64,000 nucleotides of DNA from Bryobacterales bacterium (GCA_963422375.2 OY729428.2:3104001-3168000); one strand, 5' to 3'. Positions 31,519-43,277 are shown, counted from the stretch's first letter. Notes: a model not told the origin generated them from the letters alone. Numbers and translations: made by a program.

Positions 31519-31977
31519 CTATTTACCGACCGCCTTGCGCCCGGCCTTCTTGACGAAGTCCACAACCGCCAAGGTGCCGTCCCTAGCTCCCCGGCCCGCC
31601 GCCTTCACGGTCTCCGTCGTTTCCTCGGCGGCTCGCGTGACGCCTTGGCCAACGCCTTCAGCACCGGCCCGGGTAGCCCGGCCCGCCACCACCACGGTCT
31701 CGGCAACCTCCCTGCCCGCGACCTCGCCGCCATCGGCAACCTTCTTCGCCCCGGCCTCTGTGCCCTTTCCGACGGCCTCCGCGCCGTCGACGGTTTCCTC
31801 CACGACCACCATCGCGCCCTCGGCCACAGCCTTGGCAGCCGTCTCTATGCCGCTCGCCGCCTTAACGATGGCGCCGTCCGAGCCGACCGCGGCCCTCGGT
31901 GCGAAGAAGGTAAGGCCGGGCAATGCCGCCAGAGTGGCTGCAGCTGCTCCGAATCTTGCCCACTTAACATTTCGCAT
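31519..31977 (-). CDS. Secreted Ala/Gly/Val-rich quasi-repeat protein
   Basis: GGAGG RBS upstream, signal peptide, roughly 11-residue amphipathic repeats. Confidence 0.65.
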   Translation of the reverse strand: MRNVKWARFGAAAATLAALPGLTFFAPRAAVGSDGAIVKAASGIETAAKAVAEGAMVVVEETVDGAEAVGKGTEAGAKKVADGGEVAGREVAETVVVAGRATRAGAEGVGQGVTRAAEETTETVKAAGRGARDGTLAVVDFVKKAGRKAVGK

Positions 31978-32143
31978 CCTGCACCTCCGCGCTCGCGACC
32001 GCCTTGCGGGACCTGAACTTGCCAGCCATCCGCACTGCCGGACCGTCTACCAAACGCCCGAAACAGCGATCAGTACTATTGTATGCACCGAGGAGACTAT
32101 CGCGTGCGAAAGAATCCGGCGCAAGTGCAAATCGCGGGTCTCG

Positions 32144-33346
32144 CTAGTCTAGGAATACCTCGGTTTCAACGGCTTGATCGTAGTCGACCCCTTCCACGCC
32201 GAAACCGAACAGCCGATTGAAGTCCCTCTTGAATCCGTCGAAGTCCGAGAGATCGGCAAGCGTCTCCGAATTCACCTGCGGCCACAGCTCGGCTACTGCT
32301 TCCTGCACGTCGGACTGCATCTCGAGGTCATCCAAGCGAATCAGCCGGTCCGAATCGACGAGCGGCCCGCCGTCCCGCCCCAAGTGGTCCTGCGCAAGCC
32401 GTGCAATTTGCTCGATGCAGCCCTCGTGGATGCCCTTTTGCTTCATCACGCGAAAGAGCAGGCTCATGTACAGCGGCACGACCGGAATCGCGGCGGACGC
32501 CTGCGTCACGACCGCCTTGTTCACCGAGAGCCATGCCGCGCCACCAACGCGCTCGCGCAACGTTCGGTTCAGCGCGTCCGCCGTCTCCTTCAGATCGCGC
32601 TTGGCAGCGCCGATCGTGCCGTCTCGGTAGACCGGCCAGGTCAGGCTGGGACCGTAATACGTGTACGCCAGCGTGCGTGCCCCCTGCGCGAGCAGGCCCT
32701 CTTCGAGCAGGCGCTCGATCCACCAGCGCCAGTCCTCGCCGCCCATGACCGCGACCGTGTGGTCGATCTCCTCTTGGGTGGCGGGCCCGACCGTCGCGGT
32801 GGTGACTTCGCCCCTAGCCAAGTCGATCGTCTTGCCGGTGTAAGTCGAGCCGATTGACTTCAGCGCCGAGGCGTGGGTGATGCCCGTGCGCGGATGAATC
32901 CGCTTGGGAGCGGCGAGGCTGTACACGACCAAGCCGATCGCGCCCATGGACTCGGCCGCGATTCGAGCGACTTTGTCCTTGGTGTCATCGGAATAGGCGT
33001 CGCCATTGACGCTGCGGGCCCACAGGCCATCCCGGGCCGCGGCGCGGTGCAATGCCGCGCTGTTGTAGTACCCGGAGGTCGCGGTGCGCCGCCCCACCGG
33101 AGGCCGCTCCAGGAAGACGCCCAGCGTCCGGCATCCCATGCCCCAGCCGGCTGCGATGCGGCTTGCGAGACCGTAGCCGGTGGAACTGCCGATGACGAGA
33201 GCGTTGCGAAGGCCCGCTTGCGGGCCGCAACGGAGGCGCTCCCGCACGTACGCGACCTGCCTCTCGACGTTGCGGGCGCAGCCCTGCGGATGCGCGTTGA
33301 CGCAGATGAAGCCCTTCGACCGCTGCCTAACCACCTGTTCCGGCAT
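32144..33346 (-). CDS. fabV: Enoyl-ACP / trans-2-enoyl-CoA reductase
   Basis: GFICVNAHPQGC, GSSTGYGLASRI, YSLAAP, VMGGEDW, HEGCIEQ. Confidence 0.93.
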   Translation of the reverse strand: MPEQVVRQRSKGFICVNAHPQGCARNVERQVAYVRERLRCGPQAGLRNALVIGSSTGYGLASRIAAGWGMGCRTLGVFLERPPVGRRTATSGYYNSAALHRAAARDGLWARSVNGDAYSDDTKDKVARIAAESMGAIGLVVYSLAAPKRIHPRTGITHASALKSIGSTYTGKTIDLARGEVTTATVGPATQEEIDHTVAVMGGEDWRWWIERLLEEGLLAQGARTLAYTYYGPSLTWPVYRDGTIGAAKRDLKETADALNRTLRERVGGAAWLSVNKAVVTQASAAIPVVPLYMSLLFRVMKQKGIHEGCIEQIARLAQDHLGRDGGPLVDSDRLIRLDDLEMQSDVQEAVAELWPQVNSETLADLSDFDGFKRDFNRLFGFGVEGVDYDQAVETEVFLD

Positions 33347-33572
33347 GGACCCGTTCGCCCTCGAGGCGTCCGGCCGGGCCCGCGGAAGCTGGCGGCCCCG
33401 CCGTCCGGCAACAAGGCCGCCTACCGGCAGTATACCCGGAAGCTCCGGGCGAGAGCGGAGCCGGAAGAACGGCGGGCGCCCTGTGGTATCGTCGGAAGAA
33501 GTTAGCCTCGCGGCAAGCACTGCCCGTCCTCCGCGCTCCGGCCGTACCTATAGCGGGCGTTCGTGTTTCGCT

Positions 33573-34082
33573 ATGATTCGAAGCTTTTGCGGTGCCCGGC
33601 CCGCCGTTGCGGACAGCGCCTATGTCGATCCGAGCGCCGTTCTGATCGGCGATGCCACCGTCGGACGGCACTCCAGCGTGTGGTGCAACGTTACCGTCCG
33701 CGCCGACTCGGCGACCGTGTTCATCGACGAGGACACGAGCATCCAAGACAACAGCTGCCTGCACGTAGATGCCGACGCGCCGCTGCGCATCGGCAAGCGC
33801 GTCGTGGTGGGGCACTCATGCACCGTGCACGGCTGCTACGTCGGCGACGACTGCCTGATCGGCATGGGTGCGACCATCCTCAGCAAGGCGACGATCGGCG
33901 GCGGTTCGATCATCGCGGCGGGCGCCGTCGTCCTAGGGGGCACGAGTGTGCCTCCGCGCAGCCTCGTCGCCGGCGTTCCAGCCAAGGTCAAGCGCGCCGT
34001 CACGGACGCCGAGGTCGAGCGCACGCGAAGAAACGCAGCACGTTATGTCGAGCTCGCCAAGCGATACAGAGGCCAGGCCTGA
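33573..34082 (+). CDS. Gamma carbonic anhydrase family protein
   Basis: Hexapeptide repeats, [20 protein letters not shown]. Confidence 0.9.
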   Translation: MIRSFCGARPAVADSAYVDPSAVLIGDATVGRHSSVWCNVTVRADSATVFIDEDTSIQDNSCLHVDADAPLRIGKRVVVGHSCTVHGCYVGDDCLIGMGATILSKATIGGGSIIAAGAVVLGGTSVPPRSLVAGVPAKVKRAVTDAEVERTRRNAARYVELAKRYRGQA

Positions 34083-35890
34083 TGGGCGAGCGCGATCTAG
34101 GACGCACTTCGGCCGAACCGCTGGGCGGCCTTCAACGGACGCACTTCTGTGGCGAGATTCGCGACGGCGACATCGGCGCGCACGCCCTGCTGATGGGCTG
34201 GGTGCATCGCAAGCGCGACCTAGGGGGCCTGCTCTTCCTCCACCTACGAGACCGCAGCGGGATCTCGCAGATCGTTTTCAACGCAGAGACACATCCCGAG
34301 GCCCACGCGAAGGCTGAGAGCTTGCGCGGCGAGTACGTCATAGCCGTCCGAGGACCCGTCGTCCGGCGCTCCGAAGACACGTATAATCCCAACCTCGAAA
34401 CCGGCACCGTGGAGCTCGTTGCGCACGAGATCACGATCCTCAACACGGCCGAGACACCGCCCTTCCAGCTTGATGACGAGCAGCACGCTCCGGTCGGCGA
34501 GGAGGTCCGGCTGAAGTACCGCTACATCGACCTGCGCCGCCCGAGGATGCAGCGCAACATCCAGCTCAGGCACCAGGTCAGTCGCGCCATCCGGGAATCG
34601 TTCCACGAGCAGGGATTCCTCGAAATCGAGACTCCGTTCATGACACGCTCGACGCCGGAAGGGGCGCGGGACTTTCTCGTACCGAGCCGTATCCAGCCGG
34701 GAACCATGTACGCGCTCCCGCAGTCCCCGCAGCTCTTCAAGCAGCTCCTGATGGTGGGCGGGTACGACCGGTACTACCAGATCGTAAGGTGCTTCCGCGA
34801 CGAGGACCTTCGCGCGGACCGGCAGCCGGAGTTCACGCAGATCGACGTGGAAATGTCGTTCGTCCAGGAGAACGGCGTGCTGGGCGTCATCGAGCGGCTC
34901 GTGGAACAGGTCTGCGAGGCCGCCGGCTCCCCGTCACCTAGGCTGCCGCTGGAGCGCGTCAGCTACGCGCGGGCGATGGAGCGCTACGGCAGCGACAAGC
35001 CGGACCTGAGAATGCCGCCAATGGCCGTGGTTACGGACCTGCTGGCTCCCGGAGACCTGCCCCTGCATGGACCCTTGGTAGCGATTCGGACGCCTGCGGT
35101 CGGCCGACTTTCGAGGCGCGAGCGCGAGCAATTCCGCAATTTCGCCAAGGAGTCCAATCTCCGTCTATTCGACGACTTCCGCGGATTGGCCAAGAAGTTG
35201 CCGGGACCTACGGCGGCCGCGCGCCAGCGCCTCAGAGCCGAGGAAGGCGACTTCCTCGTGCTGGCGACAGGCCTCGGTCCTGCAACCGGCCCGCGGCCCG
35301 ACGAGGAGGTTTTCGCGGCGGCCGGGATCCTGCGCCAGCGGATCGCCGATGCGTTCGCGGACCGGCACGGCCTGCTTCGCGACGACAACCTCAGGTTCCT
35401 TTGGGTGACTGACTTCCCCATGTTCGAATGGGACGCCGGCGAAGGCAACTGGACGCCCGCACACCATCCCTTTACCTCGCCTCACGAGGAGGACATAGGG
35501 AAGCTCGTTGCCGATCCGGGAGCGTGCCGGTCGAAGGCCTACGACCTAGTGCTGAACGGCGTGGAGCTAGGTTCCGGCTCCATAAGAATCCACCGCAGCG
35601 ACATCCAGTCGAAGGTCTTCGAGGCCTTGGGCTTCTCCCCGCAGGAGGCCCGCCACCGCTTCGGCTTCTTCCTCGACGCCCTGCAGTACGGCACGCCGCC
35701 GCACGGAGGCATCGCGCTCGGCCTGGACCGACTGGTGATGCTGCTGGCGGGCGAGACGACGATCCGCGACGTGATTCCCTTTCCGAAGACAACCAAGGGC
35801 ACGGATCTGATGTGCGAGGCACCCAACACCGTACCGGCGCGGAGTCTGACCGATCTGGGAATCACCCTCCGCGTTCGACCGAAGGCCTGA
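34082..35890 (+). CDS. aspS: Aspartate--tRNA ligase
   Basis: [64 protein letters not shown]. Confidence 0.97.
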   Translation: MGERDLGRTSAEPLGGLQRTHFCGEIRDGDIGAHALLMGWVHRKRDLGGLLFLHLRDRSGISQIVFNAETHPEAHAKAESLRGEYVIAVRGPVVRRSEDTYNPNLETGTVELVAHEITILNTAETPPFQLDDEQHAPVGEEVRLKYRYIDLRRPRMQRNIQLRHQVSRAIRESFHEQGFLEIETPFMTRSTPEGARDFLVPSRIQPGTMYALPQSPQLFKQLLMVGGYDRYYQIVRCFRDEDLRADRQPEFTQIDVEMSFVQENGVLGVIERLVEQVCEAAGSPSPRLPLERVSYARAMERYGSDKPDLRMPPMAVVTDLLAPGDLPLHGPLVAIRTPAVGRLSRREREQFRNFAKESNLRLFDDFRGLAKKLPGPTAAARQRLRAEEGDFLVLATGLGPATGPRPDEEVFAAAGILRQRIADAFADRHGLLRDDNLRFLWVTDFPMFEWDAGEGNWTPAHHPFTSPHEEDIGKLVADPGACRSKAYDLVLNGVELGSGSIRIHRSDIQSKVFEALGFSPQEARHRFGFFLDALQYGTPPHGGIALGLDRLVMLLAGETTIRDVIPFPKTTKGTDLMCEAPNTVPARSLTDLGITLRVRPKA

Positions 35891-35908
35891 CGGCCGACGA
35901 AGCGAACG

Positions 35909-36913
35909 ATGGCTCGGGCCTTGGTGATCGGCGGCACGCTGTTCATCGGGCGCGAGCTGGTGCGCAGGCTGATCGAGCGGGGCGACAACGTCACTATCCT
36001 GCATCGCGGCAGCCGCAACCCGTTCGCGGGCCAGGCGGACGAAATCCGCTGCGACCGCAACGACACCGCCGCATTGGCGCGGGCCTTGCACGGCCGAGGC
36101 TTCGAGTACGTCTTCGACAACGTGTACGACTGGGAGCGCGGCACCACAGGCACCCAAGTCCGCGCCGCCGCGACGTCGTGCGACGAGGCCTTGCGGCGCT
36201 ACCTGTTCGTTTCGAGCTGCGCGGCGTACGGCGAGGGATTGGACCGCACCGAGGACTCGCCGCTAGCCGCCCCCGACCATCCCGAGGCGTACTGCCGCAA
36301 CAAGGCCGACTCGGAGCGCGCGCTGCTCGCGCTCCACGCCGAGCGCGGCATTCCAGCGACGACGCTAAGGCCTCCCTACATCTACGGACACCTCAATCCG
36401 TTCTACCGGGAAGCTTTCTTCTGGGACCGGCTGGTCGCGGGCCGCCCGGTCCTCGTACCCGGAGACGGAAGCAGGCTGATGCAATTCGTTGCGGTCGAGG
36501 ATCTTGTCGAGGCCGCGCTGCGCTGCGCAGCGAGGCCGGTTGCGGCTGGCCGGGCCTACAACGTAGCGCACGAGCGCGGTACGCGCCAAGACGACCTCGT
36601 GCGAGCACTCGGAGCCGCGGCTAGAATCGAGCCCGACATCCGCTTTGTTCCGCGTGAAACAATCTATAATTTGGGCGGAAACATATTCCGTCCGCCATAC
36701 TATTTCGGACAATACTTCGACATGCCTCCGATTACGATGAACACGTCGCGTGCTCGGGCCGAGCTCGGCTTGCGGCTTCCGAGCTTGGTCACGGGCCTGC
36801 GCCGAACGTGGGATTGGTACAGCGGGTTGGCCCCGGAGCAGCGCTCTTCTCCTGACTATTCGTTCGAAGACCGGGTCCTAGCGTCGGGCCAAGCCCGGCA
36901 GGGCGTCGAATAG
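35909..36913 (+). CDS. NAD-dependent epimerase/dehydratase family protein
   Basis: IGGTLFIG Rossmann motif, YCRNK, LRPPYIYG. Confidence 0.85.
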   Translation: MARALVIGGTLFIGRELVRRLIERGDNVTILHRGSRNPFAGQADEIRCDRNDTAALARALHGRGFEYVFDNVYDWERGTTGTQVRAAATSCDEALRRYLFVSSCAAYGEGLDRTEDSPLAAPDHPEAYCRNKADSERALLALHAERGIPATTLRPPYIYGHLNPFYREAFFWDRLVAGRPVLVPGDGSRLMQFVAVEDLVEAALRCAARPVAAGRAYNVAHERGTRQDDLVRALGAAARIEPDIRFVPRETIYNLGGNIFRPPYYFGQYFDMPPITMNTSRARAELGLRLPSLVTGLRRTWDWYSGLAPEQRSSPDYSFEDRVLASGQARQGVE

Positions 36914-36995
36914 GCGTTCTGACCGGCGGCGGCACGAGCGGTGAAAAGCACGTCGAGCCACGTGCTCCGAAGCCGCGCCCGGCGGACTCGGAAGG

Positions 36996-38150
36996 TCAGC
37001 GCGTGAGGTTCTCAAAGAGGTACACACCGCCCTTGCCCGCCACGACGATGTCGATGTCCGCGTCGCCGTCAATGTCGACCGCGGGAATCTGCATCCCGCC
37101 GCCCACGCGGCCGCCGTAATGGATGATATGCCGCACCCACTCCCATTGCCTGCCGTTGTCGACGTACTCGTACCAGTACAGGCCGAGCGGTTCCCTGCCC
37201 CCGTCGTCCTTGCCGTTGTGCGCGTACAAGCGCTTGCCGGTAACGAGTTCCGGCCGCCCGTCCCCGGTCAGGTCGACGAGGGTAGAGGCATGGGCCTGCG
37301 ACCAAGCTTCGTCTATCGGCTCGCGCTTCCAATTCCGCTTGCCGTCCGCGCCCTTGCCCTGTCTGAGCCAGAAGATTCCGTAGGAATGTGCGTGACTCGT
37401 GACCACGTCGTTCAAACCGTCCCGGTCGACGTCCTCGACGTGCAGGAAGCCGATGTGCTGGTCAAACGAGAACTCCTCGTGCATCGTCCACTGCCCGGCC
37501 CGCGGGTCTGACGGCGCTTCGAGCCATCCCTTGGGGGTGAGGATGTCCGTGCGCCCGTCGCCGTTGACGTCGCCCGCACCGATTCCGTGTCCGTGGGCGA
37601 CCCCTTGCGCCACATGCTCCGCCCAGTCGCCGCCCTTGCCCGGCGATTCGAGCCATGCGGTCTTCCCGGCGTTGCGGCCCCCGAACTGCGGCAGCACCTC
37701 GCGCGCCTCGCCGTCACCGTCCAAGTCGACGAGCAGGGCGAATTCGACGGGGAGTCCGTCGTGAACTGGACGCTCGGTCCACTTGCCGATCGCCCTGCCG
37801 GGATTGCGCCACCACGAGATCCTGCGCCTGCCCCACCCCACGCTTACTACATCCACGTGACCGTCACGGTCCACGTCGAACAGTAGGTCGCTGAAGTCAT
37901 CGATGTAGTTGTTCCAGGTGAGAATCGAGCGGAACTTCTTGCGCGGGAAGTCCGGGCCGCGGTACCAGTTCTCCCCGGAGACGATATCCAAGTGGCCGTC
38001 GCCGTTGATGTCAGCAACGGCACACGGCTCGTTCCTCCCCAAGTCGATCACGCGCTTCCGGAACGGAATCTCGTCAGAGGGGCCATCCGCAAGGCATGGC
38101 GCTACAGCAAAGACGGCCGAGAGGGCCACTGGGATCGGGAGCCACCGCAT
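36996..38150 (-). CDS. Secreted FG-GAP/VCBS repeat protein
   Basis: Signal peptide; repeated DxNGDGxxD motifs. Confidence 0.88.
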   Translation of the reverse strand: MRWLPIPVALSAVFAVAPCLADGPSDEIPFRKRVIDLGRNEPCAVADINGDGHLDIVSGENWYRGPDFPRKKFRSILTWNNYIDDFSDLLFDVDRDGHVDVVSVGWGRRRISWWRNPGRAIGKWTERPVHDGLPVEFALLVDLDGDGEAREVLPQFGGRNAGKTAWLESPGKGGDWAEHVAQGVAHGHGIGAGDVNGDGRTDILTPKGWLEAPSDPRAGQWTMHEEFSFDQHIGFLHVEDVDRDGLNDVVTSHAHSYGIFWLRQGKGADGKRNWKREPIDEAWSQAHASTLVDLTGDGRPELVTGKRLYAHNGKDDGGREPLGLYWYEYVDNGRQWEWVRHIIHYGGRVGGGMQIPAVDIDGDADIDIVVAGKGGVYLFENLTR

Positions 38151-38487
38151 GACGGCACCATAATCCCACAGCGACCCACGGCACGGGTCGCCTCAATCGG
38201 ACTCGCCACCACCGACCACGCGACTGATCCGGACGGAGGGGCGAAGTGCCGTTGGCGTGGATCATCCACGCACCAAAGGGCTCACCAAGCGAGATGGCGC
38301 CGCAGTCTCCGGGACGCCGAGTCCATGCGCGACTCCGTCGCCACTTGCGGCACCCGGCTGGCTTCGGTCAAGGCACGGGCGTCTGCACGTCAGGCGTTTC
38401 CACGAGGTACGATCATGCGAGGCGACCTACCCGTCGACACGACTTGGCATCCACAGGGCTGGTCGGTGCAAGAGCCGAGAGGCCTAG

Positions 38488-40413
38488 CCCGGATAATTCA
38501 TGAGTAGCCCGGAGGGCCATAGTCCGGTCCCTCCGCCCGGGCCGTGAGGGCCCCCGGTCCAGCGCGATCCTCACTCCTGGGAGTGCCCTGCGATCCCCGG
38601 CGGCAGCCCCGGCCCGGTCCGATTGAGATCCAAGTTTATACATTGAAGTTGTTTTCATCCGGTAGGTTATAATGAATACAAGGTCGCAGATGCAGGCTCC
38701 CAAGGCGTTCTGTTCCGCAATCCGCGCCGTCGCCCCGTCGCCGTCCGCTGCGATCACGAGCGCAGCAGCTCCGACGGCGGCGCTGTCCCGGTCGAGGCCG
38801 CCGACCGCGCTCCCGGCCTCACCGCGGCGTTCGCCGACTGCCTGCGCGACCGGCGCCAGCCCTCCGAGGTGCTCCACTCCCTCGCCGACATGCTCCGCCA
38901 GCGCATCTACGGCCTCGCCTGCGGCTAGGAGGACTGCAACGACGCCGGGCGCCTCGGCGGCGACCCCGTGTTCAAGCTGCCGCTCGGGCGCGACCCCCGG
39001 CAGGGTCGCGACCTGCCGTCCCGGCCCGCCCTGTCGCGCTTCGAGAACGCCGTCACCGCGGACGCGCCGAGCGCGCTGTCCGCGGTACCGGCCCGCTGCG
39101 TCGCGCGGCGCCGGCACGAGCGGCGCCCCGAGACCAGGATCGTCGAGCTGGACTTCGACCTGACCTGCGACCCGCCGCACGGGGACTGGCAGCTGGCGCT
39201 GTGCAACGGCTTCTACGACACGCATTGCTACTTGCCGCTGGTGGGCGCGGTGCGCTTCGACGACGAGCGCGAGCGGCATCTCGTGGCGGCGCTGCCGCGC
39301 TCGGGCACGGCCGCGGAGGGCTTGCTGCCGCTGCTGGACCGCTTGCTGCCGCTGCTGCGGGAATTCTTCCCGCGGGCGACGCTGCGCCTGCGCCTGGACG
39401 CGGGCTTCCAAGGGGACGGGCTGCCGGCCTATGGCGAGCGCGAGGGCCTGGAGTGCGTGGTGTGCCAGCAGAAGAACGCGGTGCCGGAGCGGCGCGCGGC
39501 CCCGTTGCGGGCGGCCGTCGAGGCCCGGCGCGCGCCCCGGGCACGGACCCCGGCGGGGCAGCGGCGGCCGCGGGGGACTCGCCGTCCCGGCTGGAGCAGT
39601 TGCGGGCGAAGTACGCGCGGCTGGGAGCCGGCACGCAGGGGGGCCGGCCGGGCGCGGAGGACGGGGGCAAGAACCCGGGCCCGCTGCACGGGCAGTTCGT
39701 CTAGCGGGCGGGCCGCCGGTCGCGGGCGCGGCGGGTGATCGTCAAGGCGGACGCGAGCGAGTTTCCCGGGCGCGCCCCGCAGTGGAACCCGCGCTACGCG
39801 GTGACCAACGCGGGCGGCAGCCCGCAGCGCCTCTGCGAGCGGATCCACTGCCTGCGGGGGGACGCGGAGAACCGCGTCAAGGAGCTCGAGCACGGGATGC
39901 GGATGGACCGCGCCAGCGGCTCGAGCTTCGCGGCGAACCGGTTCCGCGTGCCGCTCGCGGCGGCGGCCTGCGTGATCATGCAGGAACTGCGCCGGCAGGC
40001 ACGGGACACGCCGCTGCGGAAGCGCCGGGTGGACGGGTTGCGCCTCGGCCTGCCGAAGCCGGGGGCGCGGGTCGCGGCCACGGCGCAGCGGATCGTGCTG
40101 CGAGTGCCGCGGACGGCACCGTTCCGGGACGCCTGGGCGGCGGTGGCGCGGGGCTTGGGGGCCGTGCCGATATGACGCCGGGCCGGGTCCATCCGGAGAG
40201 TGTCGGCAGGCGCCGGGCGCCGCCGGGGGAAACCGTGCCTGCCCCCCCGGGCGGGTGCCGCCGAGGAGGTGTCCGCGGCCCGCAGGCCGCTCGCGAGACG
40301 CCCCGCAAGCCCCGCATTCCCCGCCCGCAGGCGTTTCGGAAGCAGATTGGGCGGCCATCGAGGGCCCAGAAACCGGATCCATGGGCCTGCGCCGCATTCG
40401 TGAATAATGCGGG
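38488..40413 (+). mobile_element. IS1380-family element with decayed transposase (about 38672-40175)
   Basis: Imperfect IRs CCCGGATAATTCATGA / TCGTGAATAATGCGGG; CTAG TSD at 38484-38487 and 40414-40417; G*EDCND, LDFD, YDTHCYLPL, RLDAGF, RGDAENRVKELE; stops and frameshifts. Confidence 0.9.
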
Positions 40414-40645
40414 CTAGGACGAATCGCATCCGCACGGCCGAGCCATCACTCCGGGCGTCCATCGAGTTCTGAACTGCCTCCCGGACCAAGCGGCTCGCAA
40501 GGTCCGAAGACGATGTGAAGAACTCGCCTTGGACTGGGTCTTCATTGACCTGCGCCGGAAGCATGCGAGGGAACCGCCATCGGGCCAACGCAGGACTGCG
40601 CGCTTCCTCTCCTAGAGGGATCTCATGCTCGTTCTAGCTGACCAT
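40414..40645 (-). pseudogene. N-terminal fragment of a GHKL/HATPase-like protein interrupted by IS1380
   Basis: WRF...GEFF...LVREAVQNSMDA (ExxxNxxDA N-box); possible ATG 40645 followed by TAG 40634-40636. Confidence 0.55.
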
Positions 40646-41077
40646 GGTCAATGCGCGTGTCTTTCGACCAATCCGCGGCCTCGGGGCAGGCTCGGGGTTC
40701 GGCCTCTACAAGAGATTCAGAGCATTTGCTACGGGATGCAGGCAATCCGCCCCTGGGTTCCGACGCAGCGGGGTCTCTGGGTGGGGATTGCGTCCAGCTG
40801 AGCCTGCGATCGACTCGCTTCAGTCACCGCATCGTGGATGCGTAGCGACTCATCTAGCGCCATGTGAGAATCACGAATGCCTCTGCATGAGACGATATGC
40901 AGCCGCTCTCTGAGCGGCGTCAGCGGCCTTGCCTCCCGGCAGAGACGGCACAGCCCGTCGTCAAGATTGGCTCGCCGGGACACGTGCCTGCGATGCACGT
41001 CCAAGCCGAAGCGTACGGACAGCCCCGTCAGCCGGCATGCTCAATAGTCCCGAGCAACCTGATCTGCGTCGATCCCG

Positions 41078-42055
41078 TCAGGCCAGCAGGTAGGGGCGCA
41101 CGAATTCCAGCGTCCGCTCAAGCTCGTCTCGCGCGTATTGGTCGAGCTCTCTCGATTTCGGATTCCTCACCTTCCAGTTCGGGAAAACGCCGCGCAGGTG
41201 CAGGACATAGGCCAGCGCGGCCAGACCGTGCGCCCGCGCCCGGGTCACCAGCAGCAACACCTTCGAGAACATGTCCGTGGCCTCGCTACGATGCCCGGCC
41301 TGCCAGAGGTCCCACACCCTCACGTAGAGGTCGACCCACGACGCCGCAGGCATCGTGCCCCCGGACCCCCTCGACATTTCCTCGATCAGCGTCTGACCGT
41401 GCCCGCCCGTGAAGGCCACGGGACGGTCCTTCGCCGGCAGCTTGCCGAATTCCGTGATCCTGCTCAGAGTGTGCCCCGCCTCGTCCTTCACGAACCGCAG
41501 GTTGGGGATTTCGCCGACCATGCGCGCCACGAAGTCGACCGACATGTTGCCGATGGACTGCATGAACATCGGCAGCGCCGCGGCCCGCGCCACGGCGGCG
41601 TAGTAGCCGGCGACCTCGCCGAGGTCGAACTCGGTCTGGGCTCCCTTGCGAGGCGGCAAGGCGATGATCGCGTCCGGTCCGATGGACCGGGCGTGCTCGG
41701 CGTAACGCACCGCGGTCTCGGAATCCCCGGCCTGCACTCCGATCACGACCTTCGGACGCAGGCCCTTCGAGGCATTGACGATGGCCTCCGCCCCTGCGAT
41801 GCGCTCCTCGTAGGTCAGCAGCGCGTACTCGCTCGCCAGCTGCGGCCATACCACTCCATGCACGCCGGCGCGGTCAAGGAACCGGATCTCCTCGGCGAGC
41901 GTCGCAAGGTCGACCTCGCCGTCGTCGCCGTACGGCGTGGCGACGATCGGAAAGATGCCGCGGAATTCTCCGTCGCTGCCTCCGGAGGCCGTCGGGAGCG
42001 CGACACCGGCCAGCGAGGCGAGGACCGCCCGCCTCGACAGACCCGCTGAAGTCAC
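41078..42055 (-). CDS. DHDPS/N-acetylneuraminate lyase family aldolase (Tat signal)
   Basis: SRRAVL, GIFPIVATPY, LASE, FVKDE Schiff-base lysine. Confidence 0.85.
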   Translation of the reverse strand: MTSAGLSRRAVLASLAGVALPTASGGSDGEFRGIFPIVATPYGDDGEVDLATLAEEIRFLDRAGVHGVVWPQLASEYALLTYEERIAGAEAIVNASKGLRPKVVIGVQAGDSETAVRYAEHARSIGPDAIIALPPRKGAQTEFDLGEVAGYYAAVARAAALPMFMQSIGNMSVDFVARMVGEIPNLRFVKDEAGHTLSRITEFGKLPAKDRPVAFTGGHGQTLIEEMSRGSGGTMPAASWVDLYVRVWDLWQAGHRSEATDMFSKVLLLVTRARAHGLAALAYVLHLRGVFPNWKVRNPKSRELDQYARDELERTLEFVRPYLLA

Positions 42056-42062
42056 CGACCGC

Positions 42063-43277
42063 TCACGCCGCGCTGCTGCCCGCATGGTCTCGCACCATCT
42101 TTTCCGTGATACTTGTGCCGAAGCCGTGCCTGTCGGTGGCGAAATAGTAGCCGTCCTCATACGGCGAGGACATCGCGAGCATCAGGTCGGTCGCTTGGTC
42201 GCCGGTTCCGAAGCTCTCCGCGAGCGGCGCGTTCGCCGTGAGGACGACCGCCATGCCGAATAGGCTGCTTCCTCTATGCGGGATGATCGGCAGGCCGCGC
42301 TCGGCGCCCATGACTGCGATCTTGCGCAGGGCGGTCAGGCCCCCGCACCAACTGATGTCCGGCTGCAGGATCTCGGTCCCTCGATGGTGCAGGAGCATCT
42401 GATAACCGTATTGGGTGTATTCGTGCTCGCCGCTGACGATGAGGGTGCTGTCGATCTCCTCGACAAGGCGCTGGTATCCCAGGATGTTGTCCGGCGAAAG
42501 CGGCTCCTCGATGAAGAAGAGGCCCGCCGCCTCTAGACGCTTCGCCATCTCGACCGTGTAGGCGATGTCGTTCCAGCGACAGCCGCAGTCGATCATCAGG
42601 GTGCGGTCGGGGCCGATGGCGTCGCGCGCCTCGTGGACCGTCGTCACGGTGCGCGTCATGCCTTCCGCACCTTCATGGATTCCGTTTCGCACGGGCATCT
42701 TGAAGTGCTCGAACCCTAGATCGAGACCGACGCTCGGATCCGAGTTGGTGATATAGCCGGGCACCCTTCCCTGCGTCGCGCCTCCGATCAGGTGATGGAC
42801 CGGCAACTCGGCGTACTTGCCGACGATGTCCCATAACGCATTGTCGATGCCGCTGAGCGCCATGACGAACAAGCCGCGCCGACCGTAATAGATGCCGGAC
42901 GAGTACATCTGGTCCCAGAGCAGCTCCACGCGGAGCGGGTCCGATCCGACCAGCAGGTGCCTGAGATGCCCATGGATGATCTCGGCCGCCGCCCCACCGC
43001 CCGCGCCGAGGCCGAACCCGGTGACGCCTTGGTCTGTCCTGACGATCACCACGATGGCGCTGGCGAGCTGCGAGAACGGCCCGCTGTAGCGCCAGCGGGC
43101 AGGGTCGAATGGCCCGTCGAACTCGGGCAGGCGCCCTTGGGACGAACGCGACCAGAGGCGAATCGGAACGGCCTCGACGGAAACGATCTTGATCGCTCCC
43201 TTCGTCTGCGGCACGGCTGCCGCGGGGGCGACCGCGGCCCCCCCGAGCGCAGTCAGGAACGATCTACGCGATCGCAT
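42063..43277 (-). CDS. Enolase-superfamily acid-sugar dehydratase (rhamnonate dehydratase-like; Tat signal)
   Basis: SRRSFL, YYGRRG, GIDNALWD, FKM, IDC, IEEPL, SGEHEYT, QPDISWCGG. Confidence 0.85.
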   Translation of the reverse strand: MRSRRSFLTALGGAAVAPAAAVPQTKGAIKIVSVEAVPIRLWSRSSQGRLPEFDGPFDPARWRYSGPFSQLASAIVVIVRTDQGVTGFGLGAGGGAAAEIIHGHLRHLLVGSDPLRVELLWDQMYSSGIYYGRRGLFVMALSGIDNALWDIVGKYAELPVHHLIGGATQGRVPGYITNSDPSVGLDLGFEHFKMPVRNGIHEGAEGMTRTVTTVHEARDAIGPDRTLMIDCGCRWNDIAYTVEMAKRLEAAGLFFIEEPLSPDNILGYQRLVEEIDSTLIVSGEHEYTQYGYQMLLHHRGTEILQPDISWCGGLTALRKIAVMGAERGLPIIPHRGSSLFGMAVVLTANAPLAESFGTGDQATDLMLAMSSPYEDGYYFATDRHGFGTSITEKMVRDHAGSSAA

